Source of the DNA: Anaerolineae bacterium
Lineage (GTDB): Bacteria > Chloroflexota > Anaerolineae > B4-G1 > DUEL01
Assembly: GCA_025062415.1 (NCBI GenBank)
Contig: JANXAH010000037.1
Location: 1-54,873 of the forward strand
Direction of reading: 5' to 3'
Length of the DNA: 54,873 bases
Every line of letters starts with the position of its first letter. Position 1 is the first letter of the stretch. Positions 28,259-36,303 of this stretch are shown piece by piece. The translations under genes were made by a program, and so were the position numbers. The notes under the pieces are model-generated. The model did no database searches, was not told where the DNA came from, and saw only the letters and a program-made list of their open reading frames with translations.

Positions 28259-29056
28259 ATGAGCGCAATCGTCGTTGACGGCAGATTGGTCCACTACGAG
28301 GCCATTGGCCGGGGCCGCCCGGTGGTCTTTATCCACGGGTGGATCGGTTCGTGGCGCTACTGGATGGTCGCAATGGACGACCTTTCGGAGCGCTATCGCG
28401 CCTATGCCTTGGACCTCTGGGGCTTTGGGGACACAGACCGCCGTCAGGACGGGTACTCGCTGGATGCCTATATAGAGTTGGTGGAACGTTTCTTGGACGA
28501 ACTGGGACTCCGGAAAGTGGCTTTGGTTGGGCATGGCCTGGGAGGTGCTATTGCTATCCGCCTGGCGGCCAGTTTGCCCGAACGGGTGGACCGGCTGGCT
28601 GCTGTCTGCACCCCTCTGACAGGGGCCGCCATTGCACCGCCTCTTGCGACCTTTACCAATCACTATAACGGCGACTGGGTAGCCCGAATTTTGGGCCGTC
28701 GTCAGGCCTCCGCCTATCCGGAGGTCCTGATGGAAGCCAACAAGGCCGACCTTCGCGCCGTCGTCGGAGGGATTCAGGGCCTCCTGCGGGAGGACCTGCG
28801 GTCTACCGTGGAGAACCTCACGATTCCGGTCCTGCTCCTCTACGGCAAAAACGACTCTCTGGTTTACCCGCCCGATGAACGATGGCTGCGGCAACTGGAG
28901 GAGAACATCTATTACTTCCACCTGGAAGAGTCCGCCCACTTCCCCATGCTGGACGAAGCCAACCGCTTTACCCGGCTGCTTCGTCAGTTCCTGGCCCTGG
29001 GGACTGAACTGGAAACGCTGGAACTGCGAGACGAGTGGCGAAGGCGGGTCCGTTAA
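28259..29056 (+). CDS. Alpha/beta-hydrolase paralog with Gly at the nucleophile position (GHGLGG)
   Basis: Collinear with the 17430 gene: MSAIVVDGRLVHYEAIGRG, FIHGWIGSWRYW, KNDSLV, SAHFPMLDE. Codon 93 is GGC (28535-28537) where the paralog has TCC (Ser). No obvious SD upstream. Confidence 0.85.
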   Translation: MSAIVVDGRLVHYEAIGRGRPVVFIHGWIGSWRYWMVAMDDLSERYRAYALDLWGFGDTDRRQDGYSLDAYIELVERFLDELGLRKVALVGHGLGGAIAIRLAASLPERVDRLAAVCTPLTGAAIAPPLATFTNHYNGDWVARILGRRQASAYPEVLMEANKADLRAVVGGIQGLLREDLRSTVENLTIPVLLLYGKNDSLVYPPDERWLRQLEENIYYFHLEESAHFPMLDEANRFTRLLRQFLALGTELETLELRDEWRRRVR

Positions 29057-29063
29057 ATGAGCA

Positions 29064-29099
29064 AAGGGGGCAGGCAATCAATTGATTGCCTGCCCCCTT
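29064..29099. terminator. 36-nt perfect palindrome between convergent genes (bidirectional terminator)
   Basis: aagggggcaggcaatcaa|ttgattgcctgccccctt, exact reverse-complement halves, lying between the stops at 29056 (+) and 29144 (-). Confidence 0.8.
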
Positions 29100-29143
29100 C
29101 GCATTCGGCCCAGCTTCCCGCAGCAGCCCAGGGAATTCCTGGT

Positions 29144-29599
29144 CTACGAGGAAAGGCCGCTCAGCAGTTCCCGAACCACTTCGTTGACGATTCGTCCATC
29201 GGCGCGCCCCTTCATCCGAGGCATCAGGGCTTTCATCACGGTGCCCATATCCCTTGGCCCCGTCGCGCCGACTTCCGCAATCACTGCCCGAGCCTCTGCC
29301 GCGATTTCCTCGCGCGTCAGCATGCGGGGAAGGTAGGACTCCAGAATAGATAGTTCGGCCTCTTCATCGGCCAGCCGGTCCGTCCGATCGGTGCCGCGGA
29401 GTTCCTCTACCGTCTCCTGCCTCCGACGGATCTCTTTCTGGAGAACGCTGATCACTCCAGCTTCGTCCAGTTCACCGCCGTGGTCCGCCTCGGCCAGTTG
29501 AATAGCGGCAAGTGTCATCCGGATAACGGCCTTCCGCCGCTCATCCCTGGCTCGCAGGGCTTCTTTCAGGTCTTCCTGGAGGCGTGTTTTCAGGTCCAT
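29144..29599 (-). CDS. yqeY: GatB/YqeY-domain protein
   Basis: MDLKTRLQEDLKEALRARDERRKAVIRMTLAAIQ...GPRDMGTVMKALMPRMKGRADGRIVNEVVRELL is typical of YqeY. Follows rpsU as in Firmicutes. Confidence 0.88.
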   Translation of the reverse strand: MDLKTRLQEDLKEALRARDERRKAVIRMTLAAIQLAEADHGGELDEAGVISVLQKEIRRRQETVEELRGTDRTDRLADEEAELSILESYLPRMLTREEIAAEARAVIAEVGATGPRDMGTVMKALMPRMKGRADGRIVNEVVRELLSGLSS

Positions 29600-29620
29600 C
29601 CCTTCCCCACCTGTGGCTGT

Positions 29621-29827
29621 TTACCCGTAACGCTGGAGATTGCGTAGGGTTGTGCGGCGGCTCTTGCGCAGTTTCGCAGCTTTCCGACGCTTCCGCAGAA
29701 CTGTGGGGGGTTCGTAGAACCGCCGCCGCCGAATCTCCGAGAGGATCCGCTCGTTCTGCACCTTCTTGTTGAATCGCCGGAGCAAAGAATCCAGCGACTC
29801 GCCCTCTTCAGCGATGACTCGCGCCAC
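29621..29827 (-). CDS. rpsU: 30S ribosomal protein S21
   Basis: GTG at 29827 after GGAGG. VARVIAEEGESLDSLLRRFNKKVQNERILSEIRRRRFYEPPTVLRKRRK is the S21 pattern. The longer ORF start at 29905 is unlikely. Confidence 0.85.
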   Translation of the reverse strand: MARVIAEEGESLDSLLRRFNKKVQNERILSEIRRRRFYEPPTVLRKRRKAAKLRKSRRTTLRNLQRYG

Positions 29828-29870
29828 TCCCCCTTCACCTCCTCTCTTTGTCAATTTTGGAACCGCCTCT

Positions 29871-29898
29871 ATTATAACTTTCAGATGAGGGTTGTCAA
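29871..29898 (-). promoter_or_regulatory. Sigma-70-like promoter for rpsU-yqeY (TTGACA-16-TATAAT on the minus strand)
   Basis: The reverse complement reads cTTGACAaccctcatctgaaagtTATAATag, about 40 nt upstream of the rpsU start. Confidence 0.5.
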
Positions 29899-29921
29899 GC
29901 GCCACATCAGTTCATCGCTGT

Positions 29922-29949
29922 TTGACACCCATTCCCAGCGTGGTAAAAT
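29922..29949 (+). promoter_or_regulatory. Sigma-70-like promoter for the YjbQ-family gene (TTGACA-16-TGgTAAAAT, extended -10)
   Basis: TTGACA at 29922-29927 and TAAAAT at 29944-29949, preceded by TGG. Divergent from the rpsU promoter. Confidence 0.45.
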
Positions 29950-30016
29950 CTCTAAAAGTGGTTTTTCGCTCGGTGGCAGGGCCGCTACTGCAAAAACCTT
30001 CCCTCTTGAGGGCGCT

Positions 30017-30412
30017 ATGGAACAGATTGAGGTGAACACCCAGACACGAAAGGAGTTTCGGGATATCACAGCCCAGGTTCAAGAGGTCATCCGGCGGAGC
30101 GGGGTTCGTGAGGGCATCTGTTACCTCTTCTGCCCCCACACGACTGCGGGGCTAACGGTCAACGAGAACTACGACCCAACGGTCCGCCAGGATCTGGGGA
30201 TGGTGCTGGACCAGATAGCCCCCGACCAATTCCCCTATCGGCATACTGAAGGGAACGCCGACGCGCACGTGAAGACCTCCTTGGTCGGGAGCCATCTGGC
30301 GTTGTTCATCAGCGAAGGACGGCTGGTCCTGGGAACCTGGCAGGGAGTCTTTCTGGCGGAATTTGACGGTCCTCGCCGCCGGAAGGTCCTGGTTAAGGTA
30401 ATCCCTGGATGA
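30017..30412 (+). CDS. YjbQ/UPF0047-family protein (secondary thiamine-phosphate synthase family)
   Basis: Internal ATG 30017: MEQIEVNTQTRKEFRDIT...CPHTTAGLTVNENYDPTVRQD...GNADAHVKTSLVGSH...GTWQG. Confidence 0.85.
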   Translation: MEQIEVNTQTRKEFRDITAQVQEVIRRSGVREGICYLFCPHTTAGLTVNENYDPTVRQDLGMVLDQIAPDQFPYRHTEGNADAHVKTSLVGSHLALFISEGRLVLGTWQGVFLAEFDGPRRRKVLVKVIPG

Positions 30413-30443
30413 CCCCCCGCAGCCCAGGCAGGACGGAAGGCTC

Positions 30444-32183
30444 TTGCCTCCTCAATTGGTTCAGGAAATATTGTCCCGCGGGTCAGCGGGGGCCAACTCC
30501 GGGCCTTCGGCCCGGGCAAGGGCCGCTTCCGTTGGCGCCCGGCGACGGCCAGCGATATCCGACGAGTTCGGAGCATATCCTTCGCCCTCCTTCCTGTTGG
30601 CTCTTCTCCTGTATGCGCTGGCGGGGACCTTTCTCCTGGTCTCCTGCATCGCGCCTCCTACGCCATCGGCGCCCACACTGGCCATTACGCCGGCACCTCT
30701 GATCTCCCCCGCTCCTGCATCTACGGAGCCTCTCCGCGTCTTTCTCCCGGAACTCCCGAACACGCTGGACCCCCTGACAGCGTCCTCCTGGGCGGCCCGT
30801 GCCCTGCGGAGCCTCTTCCTCCCCGGCCTCTGGGCTCTGGACGACCGTCTCCAGCCCCAACCTGTCCTGGCGGATTCCCTCCCAAGCCGTGCGGACGGCA
30901 CAATCTCTGAAGACGGACAGGTCCTGACCCTTCGTCTCCGTACCGACCTCCGATGGTCTGACGGGGAGCCGTTGACAGCCGCGGATGTAGTCTTTACCTG
31001 GCGGTATGCAGCCGGGCAGGGGGTGTTCCCCTACGCCTCGTTTGTAAAAGAGGTCACGGCTGAAGACGCGCAGACCGTCCGAGTAGAGTTCTCTCGCCCC
31101 TTTGCCCCGTGGCCTGCCTACCTTTTCGCCTACATCCTCCCCCGCCACATCCTGGAGTTGACCGACGCCGGGGTATGGCGCGCGTTCCCCTCGGTGGGAA
31201 GTGGGCCATACATCCCGGCCTACTGGGAGGGCAGGGGCCTGGTCTTTCTGGCCAATCCCTTCTTCGGAAAGGGACCGCCCCGCACAGACCGGCTGGTAAT
31301 CTATCAGGAAACGACGGCCGCGGCGCGCTGGGAGGCCATCGCAAGGGGCGAGGCAGACCTGACAGTTTTCCTGGCGCCAGAGAGTCTTCCCTTCACCCAG
31401 CCCCCGAATGGGGCTTTTATGCTCACTTCACCCTCCGGATACGTAGAGACGCTTTTCTTCAACCTGGACCCCCGACGAGGGCATCCGGCGCTCCAATCGG
31501 AGCGCGTTCGGCTCGCTCTGGCAAGCGTTCTGGACCCGGAAGCCCTCTGTCCAATGCTGGGGGGACAGATAGTTCCGGCCCGAAGCCTCTACAGTGGAAC
31601 CTTCTGGGAGCATCCGGGGCTGGCAGAGTTCGCTTTTTCCCCGGCCCGGGCCCAGCGGCTGCTGGACGAATCGGGCTGGCGAGATACCGATGGCGACGGA
31701 GTCCGGGACTGGCAGGGAATCCCTCTGAGGCTTCGCTACGCAGTGCCGACCGGAGCGGTGAACCGGGGTCTCGTTCAAGCCCAGGTCGCTCAGCGATGGA
31801 GGGAAATGGGGGTCCAGGTGGAGACCATCGGGGTGAGTCAGCCGTGGGAAGACCCGGCCGCGTGGGACGTGGCCCAGTGGGCGGGGCGGGTTCCCGGATA
31901 CCCCGACCCCGATGATCCCCGCTGGCTTTGCAGGGAGGCCCGACCAGGTGGGCTGAACCCCGCCGGAGTGTGTGACGAAAGACTGGACGAACTTATCGCT
32001 GCCCAGGCCACTGCAACGGATCCCGAAGACCGAAAGGGGTTCCTTTTTGAAATTCAGGCTCTGGCCCAGGAGCGAGTTTGGTGGATTCCCCTCTGTCGTT
32101 GGGAGGACGTCTGGCTGGTCCGGGGGAATCTGGAAAGCCTCCGCCCCTGGCGTGAGGCACCCTTCTGGAATCTGGAGCAGTAA
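30444..32183 (+). CDS. ABC-transporter substrate-binding lipoprotein, family 5 (peptide/nickel type), orphan
   Basis: TTG start after GGAAGG. Lipobox FLLVSC. SBP_bac_5-like body (LTLRLRTDLRWSDGEPLTAADVVFTW). No permease or ATPase genes adjacent. Start uncertain. Confidence 0.75.
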   Translation: MPPQLVQEILSRGSAGANSGPSARARAASVGARRRPAISDEFGAYPSPSFLLALLLYALAGTFLLVSCIAPPTPSAPTLAITPAPLISPAPASTEPLRVFLPELPNTLDPLTASSWAARALRSLFLPGLWALDDRLQPQPVLADSLPSRADGTISEDGQVLTLRLRTDLRWSDGEPLTAADVVFTWRYAAGQGVFPYASFVKEVTAEDAQTVRVEFSRPFAPWPAYLFAYILPRHILELTDAGVWRAFPSVGSGPYIPAYWEGRGLVFLANPFFGKGPPRTDRLVIYQETTAAARWEAIARGEADLTVFLAPESLPFTQPPNGAFMLTSPSGYVETLFFNLDPRRGHPALQSERVRLALASVLDPEALCPMLGGQIVPARSLYSGTFWEHPGLAEFAFSPARAQRLLDESGWRDTDGDGVRDWQGIPLRLRYAVPTGAVNRGLVQAQVAQRWREMGVQVETIGVSQPWEDPAAWDVAQWAGRVPGYPDPDDPRWLCREARPGGLNPAGVCDERLDELIAAQATATDPEDRKGFLFEIQALAQERVWWIPLCRWEDVWLVRGNLESLRPWREAPFWNLEQ

Positions 32184-32344
32184 AACTTGTTGTTAACCTA
32201 ACAAATTGTTCTGGCAGCTGCCATGAAGAACGCCCAAAGAGCCGGGTTTGTTTAGAGTCGGTCCGAGAGTTCAGGCTCTCTGGAGACCTGTGGCGCTGTT
32301 AACAGCCTGCGGTACGTGATCCTCAGCATTTTTCGGACATGCTC

Positions 32345-33742
32345 TCAGAAACGGCGCTTCCTGAGGTCGTTTACAGGCAGCGGGATAGCAGCCAGCATTC
32401 CCAGGGACAGGCCGATGAACAGATGGGCATTGTTGACGTATAGGTTGTCCACCAGGTGATGAACCGTCAGGTGAGTCCAAACCCCCAGCAGTCCCACAGC
32501 AATGCCCCGCTCCAGGCCAGAGGCGATGCGCGTGGCTCTCCATGTCCGGTAGAAGACGGCTCCCCAGAGGGCGAGGTAGGCCAACAATCCAATTACCCCC
32601 GTCTCCGCCAGCAGGTTCAGGTAGAGGTTGTGCGCATGGCCCAGTGCGATAGGCCAGTTGACCAGCGCGAAGGCCGGGTAGGCCGGTTCATATCCTCCGA
32701 AGCCGACGCCCGTCCAGAACCGGAACCGCCACATCTCCACTGCGCTCTGCCAGTGGGCCAGCCGTTCTATAACAGCGTAGTTGGCACTGTTGATGTTGAT
32801 TCCCCGAACATCCTGAAGGCGCAGGTCGGCCACGAAATCCGTCAGGCGGGCGACGACACGGGCTGGAAGCAGGCCGGTGCCTAAAAGCCCCAGGAAAAGA
32901 ACCACCAGTCCTGCCACCAGCAGGACGCCCCAGCGGCTGCGACGAGGGAGGGCGAGTGCCATAGCCCCCAGCGCGGCGGCGAATCCCATCCACCCGCCCC
33001 GGCTCCAGGAAGCCCCTAAGGCGACTGCCATCAGTCCAACGGCTGCTCCGATTCCCAGCACGCTTTTCCAGCGCCGTTCCGAAATCCAGGGGAGGCCACA
33101 GGTCCCCAGAATTCCCGTTCCCAGGGCCAGGGTCATCCCGATGTAACCCGCATAGGGATTGGGCTGCTCAAAGGTTCCGTAAGCGCGAAAGAAGCGAGTT
33201 CCCGGAATCCGGAAATGCTCCGGTCCCTCTCCCCGGATCCCAAACTGGTAGAGACCCAGGAGGGCCTGGAAAACCCCCACGGCGAGGATCCCCACGGCCA
33301 ACCAGGGAAGGTGGCGTCGGTCCGTCCGTTCTGCCACCATCCAGAGAAGAAGCAGGATTTCAGCCCACTTGACCAGTTCCAGAAGTCCGTAGGGGCCCAG
33401 ATAGCGAGCGTCGTAGGCGGGGGACCAGAGGGAGAGCCCGGCTGCGCCCAGGAAGACCAGGGCCGGGAGGGCCAGTGGCGCGGCGGGATGGCGAGCCCCC
33501 AGCGGGAGACGAAGGTCGCGACGGGCCAGCCTGCGCGTCCAGTGGGAAAAGAAGGCCAGTGCGAGGAAAAGGTGACCAATCTGATCGGGCACCTGAGGGG
33601 CCTCCGTGCGCAGATAGGCCCGGAGGAGGCCCAGGAAAAGCCCCCCCACTGCGCCGACCAGGGGCTCCATCAGGGTTCCAACTGTCAGAGCAAGAAAGCC
33701 GAAGAGCGCGAGGGCGGTGGGTAGGGCAGGGCGCGCCAGCAA
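32345..33742 (-). CDS. O-antigen ligase/polymerase-like (Wzy_C) polytopic membrane protein
   Basis: About 10 or more TM segments and the WSRGGWMGF motif. The long ORF start (33883) would read through the rny terminator hairpin, so a TTG at 33742 is proposed. The start has low confidence. Confidence 0.7.
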   Translation of the reverse strand: MLARPALPTALALFGFLALTVGTLMEPLVGAVGGLFLGLLRAYLRTEAPQVPDQIGHLFLALAFFSHWTRRLARRDLRLPLGARHPAAPLALPALVFLGAAGLSLWSPAYDARYLGPYGLLELVKWAEILLLLWMVAERTDRRHLPWLAVGILAVGVFQALLGLYQFGIRGEGPEHFRIPGTRFFRAYGTFEQPNPYAGYIGMTLALGTGILGTCGLPWISERRWKSVLGIGAAVGLMAVALGASWSRGGWMGFAAALGAMALALPRRSRWGVLLVAGLVVLFLGLLGTGLLPARVVARLTDFVADLRLQDVRGININSANYAVIERLAHWQSAVEMWRFRFWTGVGFGGYEPAYPAFALVNWPIALGHAHNLYLNLLAETGVIGLLAYLALWGAVFYRTWRATRIASGLERGIAVGLLGVWTHLTVHHLVDNLYVNNAHLFIGLSLGMLAAIPLPVNDLRKRRF

Positions 33743-33790
33743 CCACCCCGTGCCCAGGCCGAGGGCTAACCCAGCGGTTTCGTAGAGAAC

Positions 33791-33833
33791 GAGGGGGATT
33801 TGCGGCGGCCCCGAGCCGCCGCAAATCCCCCTC
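33791..33833. terminator. 18-19-bp hairpin downstream of rny (GAGGGGGA-TTT-GCGGCGGC ... GCCGCCGC-AAA-TCCCCCTC)
   Basis: Direct reading: gagggggatttgcggcgg / ccgccgcaaatccccctc are exact complements. Located 40 nt after the rny stop on the minus strand. Confidence 0.75.
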
Positions 33834-33872
33834 GCACCCCCCCAGGAGGGAAAGCGTAGCGCAAACCGACGA

Positions 33873-35402
33873 CTATTTAGCATAGTCTACGGCCCGGGTC
33901 TCCCGGATGACTGTGACTTTGATCTGGCCCGGATACTCCATCCCCTCCTCAATCTTGCGAGCAATATCGCGGGAGAGCAGGATGGCTCCCAGATCATCCA
34001 CTTCCTCGGGCTTTACGATGATGCGAATTTCCCGCCCTGCCTGGATGGCGTAGGATTCGGCAACTCCGGGGAAAGAAGAGGCCAGTTCCTCCAGAGCCCG
34101 AATTCTTTTGATGTACTGTTCCAGGCTCTCCCGGCGGGCGCCCGGACGGGCTCCGGAGATCGCGTCGGCGACCTCAACAATGATGGCCTCCAGGCTACGC
34201 TGGTCCGTCTCATGGTGGTGGGACTCTATACAGTGGACGACTTCCTCCGGAACTCCGTATCGCCGACAGATTTCTGCCCCGATCAGGGCGTGCGTCCCCT
34301 CCACCTCAAAATCCACGGCCTTACCAATGTCGTGAAGCAGCCCTCCCAGACGGGCTACTTCCACATTGGCCCCCAATTCCGCCGCCAGCATTGCCGCCAG
34401 TTTAGCGGTCTCAATCGCGTGTGCGTGTTGGTTCTGCCCATAACTGGTGCGGAACCGCAGTTTTCCCAGCAATTTAATCAGTTCCGGATGGAGGCCGGTC
34501 ACACCCGTCTCATAGACAGCCCGTTCTCCTTCCTCCCGGATAATCTGTTCCACCTCTTTGCGGGCGTCTGCGATGACCTTTTCTATGCGGCCCGGATGGA
34601 TGCGCCCATCGGTAACCAGTCGCTCCATCGCCCGACGGGCGATCTCCCGACGTACAGGGTCAAAGCAGGAAATAGTGATGGTTTCCGGGGTGTCGTCTAC
34701 CACCACGTCCACACCCGCAGCCTGCTCAAAGGTCCGAATATTTCGTCCGCCGCGGCCGATAATCCGGCCCTTCATCTCGTCGGAGGGGAGGTCCACCGAA
34801 GAGACGGTCAGTTCGGCGACCTGCTCGCTCGCTATTCGCTGGATAACGGTCGCCAGGATGCGACGAGCCCGCCGTTCCCCTTCCTCACGGGCTTCCTGCT
34901 CAATTTCCCGGATAACTCGCGCCATGTCCTGACGCGCGCCCTCCGCGACAATGCGGAGGAGTTCCTCGCGGGCCTGTTCCTGGGTCATCTGGGCGACCTC
35001 CTGCAGGGCTTTCATGCGCTCTTGCTGGAGGCGGTCCAGTTCGTTCCGCTGGCGATCCAGCGCGCTCTGCCGCTTGTTCAACATCTGTTCGCGCTTATCC
35101 AGCGCCTCCTGTCGCTGGTCCAGTTTTTCCCGACGTTGTTGCAGGCGCTCCTCTTCCCGGCGCAGGTTGTTGCGCCAGCGTTCTATTTCCGCTTGAGCCT
35201 CGTTGCGCAGTTGGACCGCTTGATTCCGGGCCTCCAGAAGAATGTTCTGGGCCTCGCTGGAGGCCTCTTCCAGGATCTGTCGGGCCCTCTCCTCCGCCTG
35301 ACGAATCATACTTGCCGTGGCGCGTCGGGTCAGCCCGTAGCCAATCCCCACTCCCACCGCCAGTGCGATCAGCCAAACGAATACCCAAATCCACGCGTTC
35401 AT
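33873..35402 (-). CDS. rny: Ribonuclease Y
   Basis: N-terminal TM helix, a long coiled coil, KH ([15 protein letters not shown]) and HD ([10 protein letters not shown]) domains, and C-terminal [14 protein letters not shown]. Confidence 0.93.
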   Translation of the reverse strand: MNAWIWVFVWLIALAVGVGIGYGLTRRATASMIRQAEERARQILEEASSEAQNILLEARNQAVQLRNEAQAEIERWRNNLRREEERLQQRREKLDQRQEALDKREQMLNKRQSALDRQRNELDRLQQERMKALQEVAQMTQEQAREELLRIVAEGARQDMARVIREIEQEAREEGERRARRILATVIQRIASEQVAELTVSSVDLPSDEMKGRIIGRGGRNIRTFEQAAGVDVVVDDTPETITISCFDPVRREIARRAMERLVTDGRIHPGRIEKVIADARKEVEQIIREEGERAVYETGVTGLHPELIKLLGKLRFRTSYGQNQHAHAIETAKLAAMLAAELGANVEVARLGGLLHDIGKAVDFEVEGTHALIGAEICRRYGVPEEVVHCIESHHHETDQRSLEAIIVEVADAISGARPGARRESLEQYIKRIRALEELASSFPGVAESYAIQAGREIRIIVKPEEVDDLGAILLSRDIARKIEEGMEYPGQIKVTVIRETRAVDYAK

Positions 35403-36049
35403 AGTCCCGATTCCTCTTCCAAAGAGTCTCTTGGGGGGCCGGAGGTCAGGATCTGGTTGACGATAGGCCCCACAAGGCTGTAAGGGAAGCCCCGCCGCAG
35501 CAAAGCATTAGTCAGGCGACGGCGCAGGAGTTGAGGGGCCGCGCCTTTCCAGCGGCGAAGCAACTTCTGAGCCGCAAGGCTTGCGGCCTGTTCCTCGTCG
35601 TAGTTGGCGAGGGCTTCTTCAATGATTTCGTCCTCCAGCCCTTTCTGGCGAAGTTCCTGGCGAAGGACGCTTTTCCCTCGCGGATTGTACTGGAAGCGGT
35701 TTTCCACCCAGTAGCGTGCAAACTCCCGGTCGTCCAGGAGGCCTCCCCGGCGAAGCCGTTCCAGCGCTTCCCCCAGGGCCGCTTCATCGTAGTGCTCCTC
35801 CAATCGGGAGCGGAGTTCCGCTTCGCTGCGCGGCCGGTAAGAAAGAAGGTCCAGTGCTCGTTCCGCCGCACGTTCCACCTGGTCCCCCTGGCGAAGGCGG
35901 GCGATGTCCTCATCTGAAAGAACCTGTCCAACTCGGAGACGCGCCGCCTCTATGGCGGCCAGCCCGAAGGCAAACTGACCGTCCAAGTAGACGTTGACCC
36001 GGTTCGGGTTTTTCTTCTGGACTTTCAGGGCTGTAATCCGCCTGGCCAT
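35399..36049 (-). CDS. recX: Recombination regulator RecX
   Basis: Internal ATG 36049: [30 protein letters not shown]...[15 protein letters not shown]. Its stop overlaps the rny start (ATGA). Confidence 0.88.
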   Translation of the reverse strand: MARRITALKVQKKNPNRVNVYLDGQFAFGLAAIEAARLRVGQVLSDEDIARLRQGDQVERAAERALDLLSYRPRSEAELRSRLEEHYDEAALGEALERLRRGGLLDDREFARYWVENRFQYNPRGKSVLRQELRQKGLEDEIIEEALANYDEEQAASLAAQKLLRRWKGAAPQLLRRRLTNALLRRGFPYSLVGPIVNQILTSGPPRDSLEEESGL

Positions 36050-36061
36050 TGGCCCCCCTTT

Positions 36062-36101
36062 AAAAAAGCGCGCCGTGGCATCAGCCACGGCGGGCGCTTT
36101 T
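36062..36101 (-). terminator. Terminator-like hairpin 12 nt upstream of the recX start
   Basis: aaaaagcgcgccgtggc-atca-gccacggcg(g)gcgcttttt, about a 16-bp stem with A/T runs on both sides. Confidence 0.6.
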
Positions 36102-36237
36102 TCCGGTCGTTGGACAACGCCCCTTCCTGCCAGGACGTTACGAGATGGGGTATATCAGGAAAGGTAGCCGTGAAAAACTACGGCTATACCCTCATACCGT
36201 CGCGCTGTCTGCAGTTCAACACCCTAAACAAACCCCA

Positions 36238-36256
36238 CCTGTCGTCAGACGACAGG
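36238..36256 (-). terminator. Short hairpin plus U-rich trail downstream of recA
   Basis: cctgtcg-tcaga-cgacagg is a 7-bp stem. The minus-strand trail reads tggggtttgtttaggg. It lies 46 nt after the recA stop. Confidence 0.45.
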
Positions 36257-36303
36257 GAAATGCACCACACCGTGGCGAGGGCAGATCCGCAAACGGACCC
36301 CCC

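Noticed and set aside
33743-33883. N-terminal 47 codons of the long O-antigen-ligase-like ORF
   Set aside because: This stretch contains the 18-19-bp rny terminator hairpin and translates to a low-complexity Gly/Arg/Pro sequence. A downstream TTG start is more plausible, though unverified.
34212-35483. 423-aa plus-strand ORF opposite rny
   Set aside because: It is an antisense shadow. The minus strand encodes RNase Y with KH and HD motifs.
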